In this document: piece by piece, positions 1 to 12,315 of the stretch
Numbering within the stretch: position 1 is the first letter of the stretch
Layout of the letters: each line of letters starts with the position of its first letter
Assembly (NCBI GenBank): GCA_030390025.1
Contig: CM059431.1
Location: forward strand, 95,606,001-95,670,000
Source: Squalus acanthias
Taxonomy: Eukaryota
DNA length: 64,000 bases
Direction: 5' to 3'
Position numbers and translations under genes: made by a program
The notes under the pieces: model-generated
Told to the model about the DNA's origin: nothing
Database searches by the model: none
What the model saw: the letters and a program-made list of their open reading frames with translations, nothing else

Positions 1-337
1 AGAGAGAAATTTTTCCCATTGGTGGAAGGGCCAAGATCCAGAGGTCACAGATTTAAGGTGATTGGCAAAAGAACCAAAGGCAAAATGAGGAAAAACTCTT
101 TTACGCAGCGAGTGGTTAGGATCTGGAATGCACTGCCTGAAAGGGTGGTGGAGGCAGACTCAATCATAGCTTTCAAAAGGGAATTGGATAAGTATCTGAA
201 GGAAAACATTTCCAGGGCTATGGGGAAAGGGCGGGGGAGTGGGACTAGCTGAAGTGCTCTTGCAGGGAGCTGGCATGGGCTCAACAGCCGAATGGCCTCC
301 TTCTGTGCTATAACCATTCTATGATTCTATGATTCTA
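1..337 (+). mobile_element. CR1 LINE 3' end
   Basis: ORF2 C-terminal motif RGHRFKVIG...FTQRVVRIWNALPERVVEA followed by an (ATTCTATG)n tail. Confidence 0.9.
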
Positions 338-801
338 CATGAAGCCCCTAATTTGGTGGACCAGTAAGCAATGCACTGGTATGCTGAATTGGCACTTCCG
401 GGTCTCCTTGTTGGATAATACGGGATGCTTGCCTTTGCATTATCAGCCCCATTGTACATCAGTCAACTAATAGAGGCAGAGTTTAGAGTAAAAAAGGTTA
501 AGCTGCACCACCTGAAAATCGTCCAGGATGCACGCAAATTTCATGCTCACTCCACATTAAAATGATTGCAGTCATGATTCTAGTCTAAAAACTCAAGCTC
601 ATTGGCGTTACACTGAAAAGCTGGACCAATATCGTAGGCAGTCTAATTGCAAGTAATGATTGCCTTAGGCTTTTTTCATTACTTAAAGGGGAGGTTCATT
701 GATGCTGCAGCACCTCATTCTCAGCATTGCTGGGTGTGCAGCTGCCCCAACAACCATAAGAAGAAGGACAAGGAGAAGGAAGAGTTTTTTTAGAAATCCT
801 G

Positions 802-3800
802 TTGGCAGATTGTCACCCCAGGGAGAAAGCCCGAGGTTTTTTTTTTGAGGATGTAACTGGGAAAATAGATAAGGGAGAACCAGTAGATGTGGTGTATTTG
901 GACTTTCAAAAGGCTTTCAATAAGGTCCCGCATAAGAGATTAGCGTGTAAAGTTAAGGCACCTGGGATTGGGGGCAAGGTATTGACTTGGATAGAGAACT
1001 GGTTGGCGGACAGAAAGCAGAGAGTAGGAATTAATGGGTCTTTTTCCGAGTGGCAAGCAGTGACTAGTGGGGTACCGCAGGGATCGGTCCTTGGACCCCA
1101 GCTATTCACAATATACATTAATAATCTATATAAGGGAACTAAATGTAATATCTCCAAGTTTGCAGATGACACAAAGCTGGGTGGGAGTGTGTGCTGCGAG
1201 GAGGATACCGAGAAACTCCAGGATGATTTGGACAGGTTGGGTCAGTGGGCAGAAGCGTTGCAGATGCAATATAACGTGGATAAGTGCGAGGTTATCCACT
1301 TTGGTGTCAAAAACAGAAAGGCAGACTATTATCTGAATGGCAATAGATTGGGAGAAGGGGAAGTGCAACGAGACCTGGGTGTCCTTGTGCACCAGTCGCT
1401 GAAAGTAAGCATGCAGGTGCAGCAGGCGGTGAAGAAGGCAAATGGTATGTTGGCCTTCATAGCGAAAGGGTTTGAGTATAGGAACAGGGATGTCCTGCTG
1501 CAGTTGTACAGGGCCTTGGTGAGACCACACCTTGAGTACTGTGTGCAGTTTTGGTCGCCTTATCTGAGGAAGGATGTTCTTGCCATGGAAGGAGTTCAGC
1601 GAAGATTCACAAGGCTGATACCTGGGATGGCAGGAATGACATATGAGGAGAGATTGGGTCGATTGGGCTTATACTCGCTGGAGTACAGAAGAATGAGAGG
1701 GGATCTCATCGAAACATATAAAATTCTGACAGGTCTGGACAAACTAGATGCAGGAAGAATGTTCCCGATGGTCGGAGAGTCCAGAACCAGGCGTCATAAT
1801 CTAAGGATAACGGGGTAAGCCATTTAGGACAGAAATGAGGAAGAATTTCTTCACCCAGAGAGTGGTGAACCTGTGGAATTCTCTACCGCAGAAGGTAGTT
1901 GAGGCCAAGTCATTGAATATATTCAAGAATGAGTTAGATATATTTCTTAAAGCTAAAGGTATCAAGGGATATGGGGAGAAGGCAGGTACAGGGTACTGAG
2001 TTTGGATGATCAGCCATGATCTCATCGAATGGCGGAGCAGGCTCGAGGGGCCGAATGGCCTACTCCTGTTCCTATCTTCTATGTTTCTATGTTTCTATGT
2101 TCTCCAATGAAGCTCTGGAGACACTGGTTTTCGCGGTGGAGAGAAGGAGGGTGGTCCTGTACCCGTCAACTGGCAGGAGGCCTTCGCCACAAGTTGACCG
2201 CACTATGTGGAGGAAGGTAGCACACCATGTCTCGGGCAGCACTGTGGTCCCCAGGACCCACAACCAGTGCAGTAAGAAGTTTAACGACCTTACACGGGTG
2301 GTCAGGGTGAGTGAAGGCTTTAACAAATGCTACGTGCCATCATCTGCACCACAAGCTCAACAGACTGCTCAATGCACCACACCCCCAGCACTCACCCACC
2401 AACAATCTCTACCTAGCAACACTCACACCCACATCTCACATCTTGCACACAATGACAGCTATTCAACTATGGCAGGCACATCACCCAAACACATTGCTCC
2501 ACACTCACTCACACACTTCCTTTCTCTTGCAGGCCAAGGTGGTACATATCACCGGGAGCACGAGTGGACGGGGGTGGGGGGGCGGCGGCAAGCCTACATT
2601 GAAGAGCTGAGCCAGTTGGAGATGAGAGTGCTGCAGATCATTGGCCACCAGGTGGTGGGCACCATGGCCACCGGCAACGTTGACGCCCTTGGGGACAACA
2701 AAGGTATGTTCTTTCCTAATCCTCCTTCTCACATCCCAGTTCCCCCTCAGCCCACAATTTTTTCTCACTTTCAAGCTACTCATGCTGTATGCATGCATTT
2801 CTGCCTTTCCACCCCCCTCCCCTCACCATAACCTGACTCTTGTGCCTTTCTGCTTTCAGATAATCAGCAAGCACCCGAGCAGCCTGTCCCCGAGGGCACA
2901 GCAGAGAGCGAGGGGGGAGAAGAGGAGGAAGAAGACGACAGCGCGTCTGTCACTCGCAGACACCAGCTCAGAAACTGGCACTACGCGTTCTTTAGAGGCT
3001 AGTGTAGTAGTGGGATCTGCACAGTGTGAGGCACCGGGCACGAGTGGGCTACAGCAAGGGTCGCTCGGGGGCCAGCTCCCCAGAGGGCGAGTTCGTGCAC
3101 GAGTTCTGCTGCATAGAATTCAGATGAGGACCTCGATGGGGAAGCCTTCAGAAGAAGGATGTTGCGCATGCACACAGAAATGATAGATGCAATGACAAGG
3201 CTGCCAAAGAGCCTCTCAGCAATGGCAAGGAGCGTGGAGGAGTCTGCCTCCAACATTGCACGGGGCTCTGCGCAGAACATGGAGCCGAGGATTTCCAGTC
3301 TGGAAATGATGGTGCACTGGCAGAGAGACCGTGGCGATCCAGATGTGATGGTGCGCACGATGAGCAATGTCGCAGCTTCCATTGCAGCACAGGCGGAAGC
3401 AACCAAATGTCTTAGTGCTCCAGCAGAAGCTCAGGCTGCTCTCATGCAGCCTCAGTGTGATGCCACCCACGGTCTGACTGCTGCCATCGTGGCTGGGTCT
3501 ACTGCTGTTGACCGGGGCTTTCACGGTGTTGCAGCAGGCCAGCAATCTGTGCTCCAACAGATTGCTAGGGATGCTGAGCGGCTGCCCCCGGGGGAGTGGC
3601 AGTGGGTCAGTGGAGCAGGAACCTGCTGTCCTCTCTCAGGATGACAGCATTCCTAATCCCACCACTGCCACTCCGTCATTGCCCTTGCAGCTGCCTGTCA
3701 GCCAGCCAGCCCAGACTGCTGCCGCCCATGCCGAGGTGGTGCAGTCATACAGCCAGGCCGTCTAGGTCCACAGTTGGTTGAGGTCGTCCTGTAAGGCCAG

Positions 3801-3935
3801 CTGAAGTCTCCTGCACGGAAACTCAGCAACATTCCATCAGTCATGCTGCAGCTATTGCGGGAGCACTACGTAGGAGCACCAGAGCAGGAAATGGCACACA
3901 ATGACAGGCACTAAGGGATTGCACAAGGGTGATTA
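802..3935 (+). pseudogene. H1 Myb/SANT-like gene, three exons, split by CR1 and frameshifted
   Basis: PREKARGF (802-838) joins FSNEALETLV...MWRKVA...QCSKKFNDLTRVVR (2100-2306); GT-AG introns 2307-2532 and 2704-2859; C-terminal AVLSQDDSIP motif shared with the other copies. Confidence 0.8.
841..2100 (+). mobile_element. 5'-truncated CR1 (RT and 3' UTR)
   Basis: YLDFQKAF, GVPQGSVLGP and KFADDTK RT motifs; (TTCTATGT)n tail. Confidence 0.95.
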
Positions 3936-4079
3936 GTTAATATTCTTATAATATGTGTGATATGTTTATAGATAAATTTATTAATTGTGTTTGGAATCTT
4001 TTGTGGTGTCTTTTATTTCACCTTTGTGCCCAGCAGGACGCTGTGATACACCATGAGATAGGGATTGTATGATGGGGAT

Positions 4080-4981
4080 GTGGTGAGCTACGGGGATCTG
4101 GGGTTTAATTCATGCGAATCGGAGTCTGATGAGCCGGTCATGGACAGCCCGTCCGGAAGGCCAATTGTCTCGCTGCCTTGGCCCTCCCTCCCGTTCCTCT
4201 TCCTCCTTGTACTCTCCCTCCTCACCCTCCTCCTCCTAACCCTCGTTCTCCTTCTGAGGTGGTCCCGCAATCCCTGGTGGCAAGGACTATGCCCTCATGA
4301 TGGCCAAGTTGTGGAGCATGCAGCAGACCACGACGAAATGGGACACCCGCTCAGCTGAGTACTGGAGGGCTCCGCCCGAGCGGTCAAGGCAGCGGAACTG
4401 TTGCTTCAGTAAGCCGATGGTCTGCTGTTATACGGTGCCCACAAAGCCAGGTGGGTTCAGTTGATGGTGCCCTGCACCATGGGGAAGCCCGCTATCCTGG
4501 CAAAGTCACGTGCATGCTTGTCCTGCTTCTCTCTGGTGATCGGGAAGCCAATATAATCCCTTCTCCTGCTGTAGAGAGCCTCAGTGATCTCCTGGATGCA
4601 ACGATCGATTGCAAACTGTGAGATGTTAGCTATGCCTCCTGCTGCAGACTGGAAAAATCCACTGGCAAAGAAATTGAGGACCACGGTGACCTTGATTGCC
4701 ACTGGGAGGGCTGTGGTCACCCTGGTCTGAGGCTGGATGTCTGGTTGCAGGAGGTGGCAGATTTCTGTGACCACCTCCTTGGTGAAGTGAAGCCTCCTAA
4801 TACACTGCTCCTCGCTTAATTGAAGGTCGGTGATGTAATGTCGGAAGACCCTAGGAGGGTAAGGCCTCCTGTTGACAGCCCTGATGGCCCTCCTCCTCCC
4901 TCTGCGCACATGTTCCCATATTTCTCGCTGCCTCCGCCGTAGATGCTGAAGGGCGAGGTTGATTGCCAGTACAGCCCCCAT
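4080..4981 (-). pseudogene. H1 Harbinger DDE transposase with internal deletion
   Basis: MGAVLAINL...YPPRVFR...IAGFPMVQGTIN jumps near 4440 to QTIGLLKQQFRCLD; the middle of the catalytic domain is missing. Confidence 0.85.
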
Positions 4982-7567
4982 GACTTTTAGGAAGTGTTGC
5001 AGTTTGAAGCGTCTCAAAAATAATGAGGGAGTTTTTTACTTTCCAGAACACGCCCTGATATCAAATAACCTTGGAATAACTACAGAAAACTCTTGCTGTT
5101 GAGGAAGTAGCACACAGCCACTCAAACTTCAAAACCCTGCCAGGTGTGAGTGATTGGTGATGATCCCTTTAAATAGCATCGCTGCAGCCGGCTTCCTGCT
5201 GCTGCACGCCACCTCAACCCGTCATTGCTTTCTCCAGCCGGTAACTTCAATGGCCAAAATGAATTTGGGAGATCGGGAGTGAAGTGAGCGTTGCACGCTC
5301 ACTGACGTCATGATCTCCATGATTGCGATGTCCCCGATGCACGTGTTTAGCGGCAGCACTACTGGCAAGACATATATGGTGTGCGCCGCTGGAACCGCCA
5401 TCACCTGGCGGTAGAGCGCTCAACGGCGTTTTAGCGCTATCTTGTGGCGCTAATGTGTGGCGCTAAACACATAAATTTCTCTCCCATAGATTTTTGGACT
5501 CCAAGCGAATCAAGGCATATGAAGATTGGGCGGGAAAGTAGAGTTGAGGTCGAAGATCAGCTATGATAATTGCGCCTTCCTATGTTCATCAACTTGGCAC
5601 CTGATGGCCAACACTGTTGAAATGACCAGTGATATGAACAGAATATTCATCACAGACAGTAACAGCCTGATACCAGTCCTTGAAATAACAAGGACACACT
5701 ACTTATTGGCAAGTAGTCACAACAGTGGTTTCAAGGCTACACATCCCTGTTAAAAGAAACCCAGAAGTTTCAAAATAAATCAAACTGTACTATTTTGGAT
5801 GAAATCCTCAACCACACACATGTTACTTATATATCTTTTTTAAATGATGGATATGTTATTAAACTTACAACGGGTCAGAACAACTGAGATGGGCCAAGTA
5901 AGCATACAGTACACTGACCAAAGAATAAGTGATAGCTGAGAAATTCACAGTAATCCAGCAAAGGAAAGAAGGCTTCACCACTGGGGATTCGCTCAAGTGA
6001 CTGAAGTAACAAGTAACCAGTCCAACAAGCTGTTTACAGCAGTTAAGTACTTCAAGCACATATTTTACTCTCAAGTGCCTTTGCTTGTTGCTGACTAAAC
6101 ACAGTGCACTGATTTTCCATTATTGGCGCAGATTAGACTGGAATGGCTATTGGCAGGTTTTAGACAGATTCAAATATAAGTATACTGTTTGCGTCTCAGA
6201 CACTAATGTGGGAGCAGAAAATTACATTCAAGTGAAATGTAAAGGGAAGTGGGCAATTAAAGGCCAGTATCACAATAGGCTGACAAAAAGTTTCAAATAT
6301 TTTCGAAAAATTAGCAGCATTTGCAGAGCTGAAGACATGGGGACGAAAAACTAACAGGCAAAAATGAAGGGAAAGGAGCCCCAACATACAGACATGAGTC
6401 TGCAGGCATGTGACTGAGCAGCTTAGTAACCAGCGGTCTGTTTGATGGCTGCTAAAGTAGAGGTAGTGCTGCATGAGATGGTTGTGAGGAGGGTGGACCT
6501 CTGCATCACTCCACAGATCCATCCCCAGAAGTCAGCATGTTGCAAGGAGGTGGAGCCAAGTTTCAGGCCACAGCTGTCCATCACGATCAGTGGATTTGCT
6601 AGCTCTGTACCGGAGGGTAGTGCAGCTGTCATTACAGCAGATGGCACAGCTCTGCATCCCGCTCTCTGATGATATGTATCCTGTGAAGACAGTTCCCCAT
6701 GGCTGTTGCCAGATAGGTGGGCCAGAGAAATGTTTGGTAGGTGCAGCCAATCCAGCTATATTGGCTGCTGATCATCCTGACATGCCTTCTTTCATGCAGT
6801 GCCACTGACATCACAACATACTGTGATTGGTGTTTCTGAGAATCATTATGATTAGTGAGGCATTGGGTGCGCAGTTTTGGAATGGGAACCTCTGCCTGCA
6901 CTAATCATCTGCCAAACTAAGATAAGTTTCTTTCTGTCTCCAGTTGTGGGTGTGTGTCCTGGCAGGTGGGCACAGAGCACCTCTCATGTCTGGTATCCCA
7001 CCATTAGTTATGCTCTTCTTCAAATACTAACAGATAGGGAGTTCCCACTGGGAAACCCAATGGGGGGTGTAATGGTGCTGGGGCAAAAAGAAATTGAACA
7101 ATTGGCCAGCAGAAAAATAAAAAAGTGAAGAAAAACAGGCCAGAAATGGCTGAAATACCATTGCCTTAGCATTATTTAGTCCTTTAACATTATTTAGTCT
7201 TTTAAATAATTTTCTTTATACTTATCACTGCTTAGTATCCCATGATGCCCAGTTCACATGTTTAAAATTATAAACGGACATACCTGCCCACATTTTAATA
7301 TTTGAATAAAGATCTCGCCTGTTTCAGGTAGGCTGTTTCTTACTCGCTGGAAATAGGTGCGCAATGTAAAGTGGGCAGAGAGTTCCCTGATCAATCTCTG
7401 CCCACTTTTCTGATTGGGCCTGTTATATCTGTATATCTGGTGGAACTGATCGGAAAATCCAAACTCAAGCAGTACAGGTTATCAGTGGAAAAGGGTACCC
7501 TGTTCACCTGGGGAGGAGAAGGGAGGCAGGTTTAAAACATACAAGTAGAAAAACCCTTCACCAGGTC

Positions 7568-8290
7568 TGTAATGTTGACTATAATGGAACAAATTGTGAA
7601 CAGTAAAAGTTATTAACTGGTAAATTTAGCATCCGATAATAACATATGCAACAATGGATTTACATCCTAAGGTGCGTCTAGCAGTGAACAACCAAACATG
7701 GCTAGTGTTGGACATCCTGTAGCGATGTATGTTGGACATCTTGGGAAGTTAAGGATTAACAGTCAAACTTCTTTGTATCTTAAAGCAACAGGCTTTCCAG
7801 GCTTTCCAAGATATAAACAGGGTGACTTTGAAGTGGCGTAAAAAATGCATAGCTTGTTTTTTGATATGTAAAGTGCCTTTGTAAGGAAATAAGTGTAGGT
7901 AATAAAACATAGCTTTAGTTTTAGTGTAATAAAACAGGGGTAGCAAATCCATTTGAGGAGGTCTTGTTTAAGGGAAGTAGTTCTGGAGTAAACAATCTAC
8001 AACTGTTTACATCAATAGTCTATTTCAAAGGATTTTGAGGATATATCACAGTTTTATCTATCTATGACATTTTCCTTTGATGTAGTCAAAATATGGTATA
8101 TAAAGGATTGTGATTTTCAACAGTATCTCAGAGTGTGCTCGAAAGATACAGAAACCGGGAAATAGTCACTCTCTGTATGTAGTTAAAGACCGATCACCTT
8201 TTACTGTGTATCAATAAAGTCTGTTCCGTATACTCTTCTACGAAGTATAGTGCTTACTCAAAACATGTGAACCAGAGGAGAAAGCTATCA
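7568..8290 (+). repeat. 5' LTR
   Basis: TG...CA ends; TATATAAA near 8097 and AATAAA near 8213; homologous to the second copy. Confidence 0.75.
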
Positions 8291-8292
8291 TT

Positions 8293-8308
8293 TGGTGCCA
8301 TGAACTCG
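8293..8308 (+). promoter_or_regulatory. Primer-binding site, tRNA-His-like
   Basis: TGGTGCCATGAACTCG, 2 nt after the LTR end, resembles the His PBS TGGTGCCGTGACTCGG. Confidence 0.6.
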
Positions 8309-8482
8309 TCCAACGAATACGCAGATGGTGAGTATGAATTAATATCGATAGTGGGCATAACTAGCTCCTGGGAATCACGATCGAGGGAATAGGGTGGAAT
8401 CAGACCTAGTTGGTCCCTTTGAAAATTTCTGACTGGATTACAAGTAAGGGGGGACCTTACAGTTTTTCCAAAGACATTTTAA

Positions 8483-9120
8483 ATGGGAGCTGGGAGCAGA
8501 TTGAGCAGGCACTGGAGAATGTGTCTCTGTAGAAACAAAAAGATAGTAGACAGAAAATGTTCCTGTTTCAGCAGAAACAAAATGAAAGGAGACAGAGAAC
8601 ATACTTATTGCAAGGGCTTTGTCAGGAAACAGGCGCTTTGTGGAAGCATGCTCAGATACAGGCTGAAAATAGGTTCTTGAAGGCAGAAATGGAGAAACTT
8701 AAAGAGGAGTTTGATGCAGTCAGGGTCCATGCTGTGCAAACTACTAATTCCTTCCTGGCTAGTCACAATGCTGTGGTGCAAATGCATGATGAGAGAGAGG
8801 AATTGGAAGATAAGAGTGCACAGCTTAGAAGTTGAGGTGGACAGACTACAGTTAGAAAAGGCACTGGAAAAAGTGTGCCTACAGAAACAGAAACAAATAC
8901 AGAGACTGGAACAGAAGTAGAAACAATAAGACAGCGACCTTGGGCTAATGAAAGAACAGTCTGAGGTGTTGCTCATTAATTCGGTGAAGGAAGCTGTGGA
9001 TGAGAAACTGATGCAGAAACAGTTAGAGATGAAAGCAATGGGAGTAGCTTGCTCAGAAGCACTTAAAGTTTCTGCAGGAATGGGCTGTCTCAGAACTGAT
9101 GAGATGTTCAGTGACAAGCT
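8483..9120 (+). pseudogene. Broken gag-position ORF with coiled-coil character
   Basis: Starts MGAG ~190 nt after the PBS; overlapping heptad-rich fragments (AENRFLKAEMEKLKEEF; EVEVDRLQLEKALEK; EKLMQKQLEMK) separated by frameshifts and stops. Confidence 0.4.
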
Positions 9121-9124
9121 AAAA

Positions 9125-9420
9125 TGTGGGATAAAAACAGAAAATTCTGGAAATACTCAACAAGTCAGGCAGCATCTGTGGAGAGAGAAACAGAGTTAAC
9201 GTTTCAGGTCAACGACCTTTCGTCAGAACTGGAAAAAATTAGAGATGTAACAGGTTTTAAGCATGTGCAGGGGCAGGGAAAGGGGGGAGGGAGGAAAGAA
9301 CAAAAGGGAAAGTCTGTGATAGGGTGGAAGGCAGGAGTGTTTAAATGACAAAAAGTATGATTGTAGAAAGCAAAAGGAGATGGTAATGGGACAAGTAAAG
9401 AAACAAAAGATGGGTCTAGA
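9125..9420 (-). mobile_element. Penelope-like element terminal fragment
   Basis: Carries a minimal hammerhead motif; the surrounding pyrimidine-rich minus-strand sequence resembles abundant chondrichthyan Penelope ends (from recognition, not a search). Confidence 0.6.
9194..9230 (-). ncRNA. Minimal type I hammerhead ribozyme motif
   Basis: Minus strand AGTT-CTGACGA-A-AGGTC-GTT-GACCT-GAAA-CGTT-AACT: both core boxes, 5-bp stem II, 4-bp stem I, loopless palindromic stem III. Confidence 0.75.
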
Positions 9421-10864
9421 ATGTGAAGTTGTAAGCATGGTCTAAAGGGATGTGGACTGGAAGTTGGAATGTTCAAAATGTTGAGAGAGGCAGTTATAGC
9501 AGTTCCAAAGCATGAACTGAGAAAGCGATTGGGACTCTTGACTGAATCTTCAGCGTTCCCTTCACCCTTTACTCTATGTCGTTACACTCCTCGCATATAC
9601 CAGAGAAAAGTGTTAAGAATTGTGCAGGAAGTAACTGGCTTGGGTGAGGACATGGACTGTGAACTTGAAATTTTGGATCAGTACCGAATGAGATTCAGTA
9701 GAAAACATCAGAAATTGAAAATTGGTTTAAGGGGAAATGAATAAATAGTTTATGATGGAATAAAGGAGAAAATGGAAGATCATGTCTCTTTTCTACTGTT
9801 CTTCAGAAGTTTTTGTTTTCAGTGTGAATGTTAATGTCTTTTTACAAAGCATGTATGAACTTTACTGTGGCTCCTCCCGCTCTTCCAAGCTGTATTGAGT
9901 TTAAGATACTGGAATTAAATTGGAGTTATTGAGGTTAACTTACCTATTAAATTGTGAATACCAGACTTTTATTATGGCCATGTTGAAATTCTGGTTGGTG
10001 TAAATTGTGTGAAGTCTCTAGTTCCGGACATGAGTCATTCACATCAACAATTGGCATTTTTGAATTTCTGACCAATTTCAAGTACTCAATGCTTTGAGGT
10101 GATTGTTTATTCATCTTAATGGTACTGAAATGTGTGACCAGAAGAGGGGGGGGGGGAAGTGAATGCTACTGCAATGTGTATGATAATAACGTCTGATGTT
10201 TTTATCTGCTGAATTGAATTGATTAAGATCTTTGCAAGTTTTAAAGGCACAGATTTTGCAAAAGTAATTTTTTTAAAAAATTTGGCGAAAGTTTTTAAAA
10301 TTTATTTGAAAGCTGTGAGAAGCTGACATTGATTGATGATGTCTGGGTTTGTCTTCTTTTGAAATGTAAAAAAAGTTAACTATTTTCACAAGCAGCTGTG
10401 AACTCCATTTTAATTCACGAAGCAACAACTTTTACATTGCTGAATGTAAAGATTTGGGGCATTTTTAAATTTTAAGATTTTTAATTTGAGTGGATGTTTC
10501 CTCACACTGAAGAAGGGAATCAGAAATTAACAAATGACAAATTAACCCATTGGGTTTGCAAGGAAAGCCACAATGGATTTTCTGTTTTTTCTTTTAAGTA
10601 GAGGACCATATGAGTGTTGATGGTGCAAGATTGCCAAGTGTGGTTCTTTGATATGAAATAACTTCAAGGTATTACAGAGCTTGAACTTTGTTGGTAAAGT
10701 GCAATGGACTCCAGTAATGTTCAGAATTTACGTTCTTATCTGCAGACATCGATTGATTTTGAATGTCGCAGCGTGGTGACAAAATTGGACTTAAGACTTT
10801 GCCTTTCCAATGCTTGGATTTAACCTCTTCCAAGACACATTGCTTGAGGGGGAAGATAAAAGAC

Positions 10865-10947
10865 TTACATCCAAACATAATTGCAACTATAGATAGATAG
10901 ATATAGATTACCTATCTATATATAGTTGCAATTATGTTTGGATGTAA
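10865..10947. repeat. Perfect 27-bp inverted repeat (hairpin)
   Basis: TTACATCCAAACATAATTGCAACTATA (10865-10891) and its exact reverse complement (10921-10947). Confidence 0.95.
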
Positions 10948-12315
10948 CTACTTTTGTAACTACTTTTGTCCACTTTGTTAAACCACCCAGCCTGGGCATA
11001 ATTTGTTTGTGAAATTAAAATTGATTAGATAAATTGATATGAGTTGCTGTTCAAACACTTGGGAAGGGAAATTTATCTGAAATTTAAGGGGATAATCAAA
11101 TTTTATTTTTGAAAGGTCTAGTCTAAGTGGTTCCATCCAAACTGTGTGTTAAGAAGAAGTTTTTTTGGGGAGACAGACTTGTGTTAGAGGTAACTAACAT
11201 CCCTCATCTTGCAGACTGAATTGTTCTCTGACATAATTTGAGAAATAATAAGTCCAATAAGAGTTAAGCAGAATGAACAAAATGTGTTGATAACTTGGAT
11301 TGATTTGGGAACTTTGTTAAATGGTAATGATCATATTGTATTGGATGGTAAATTTTCTCCAGGACTCATGAATGAGATGAAATTGTAATATAATGGGAAT
11401 TTTTCTAAAATAATTTTCCAAGGTGATTATGGGTGAATTTCAGGAACTCGAACAGGGGTTAGGAAAAGATGAGTGAGTGCATCCCTGAGTAACATGATAC
11501 CTGAAAAGATTTCAATTTGGTATCGAGGTACATTCTATTGAAAGTCAGGAAAGTGTAGGTGAGAATCATTAATTGAAAGTTTTCTTTTGGAGAAGCTTGT
11601 GTCTTTGCCTATACTGAACAATGAGAAAAATGTATTTGATAGCCTGGCCACTACCCTAGACACAGGGACTTTGCAGGGAGAGATGAGAAGACCTCCGATC
11701 TTTTGATAAGTTAACTTAAAATCCCAGGAATGGCTTGTATCTGATGTCAATTGTGTGTGAGCAAATGTGATATGTTGCGCATGAGGCAACTTTCATGCGG
11801 AAATGCGTGGTGAAGATGCACTGAAGAACGGGTCTCAGACATGCTCAGTTATTTGACAGCAGCACAACATGAAATGGATAATGTGGCTCAGGGATGTGAG
11901 ACAAATTTTAATCAAGGCACTGACACATACTCCATAGCAAAACTGACCCTTTTAATGAGACAATATAAAGTTAAACACACTGATACCTATCAGAGGGATT
12001 GAAATTAAACTGAAGAAGGACATAGGATTTGAATTTCTAAATTTCAGGGTTGAATTCCTTTGAGTTAACAATGAAATTGTAATAACTGAAAGCTAGTGAG
12101 AAATTATACTTAGTGAGAATGTCCACAAGATGCATAATGGTACAAGGAGAGCTGGAGAATCTTTTAAGTCCATTATTAATTGATCATATGGTAAACTGTA
12201 GTGTTCTGTACAATGCATCATGTAATTCTTTGTTTACATCATGATGTGTAATATTAACCAAATTAAACCTAGACAAGCCGAGCGAATGGATTAAGATGGT
12301 TATGTGATGCTTCTA

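Larger units (their letters stand above)
340..5485. mobile_element. Degenerate PIF/Harbinger transposon H1 (Myb gene +, transposase -); left end not seen
   Basis: Convergent Myb/SANT and HARBI1-like remnants; right TIR AAATTTCTCTCCC ends at 5485, preceded by GGCGCTAA/TTAGCG repeats and followed by ATA. Confidence 0.85.

Noticed and set aside
6360..7470. Possible very old Harbinger/Myb remnant (VEVVLHEMVVRRVDL)
   Set aside because: Similarity too weak, and no paired TIRs found.
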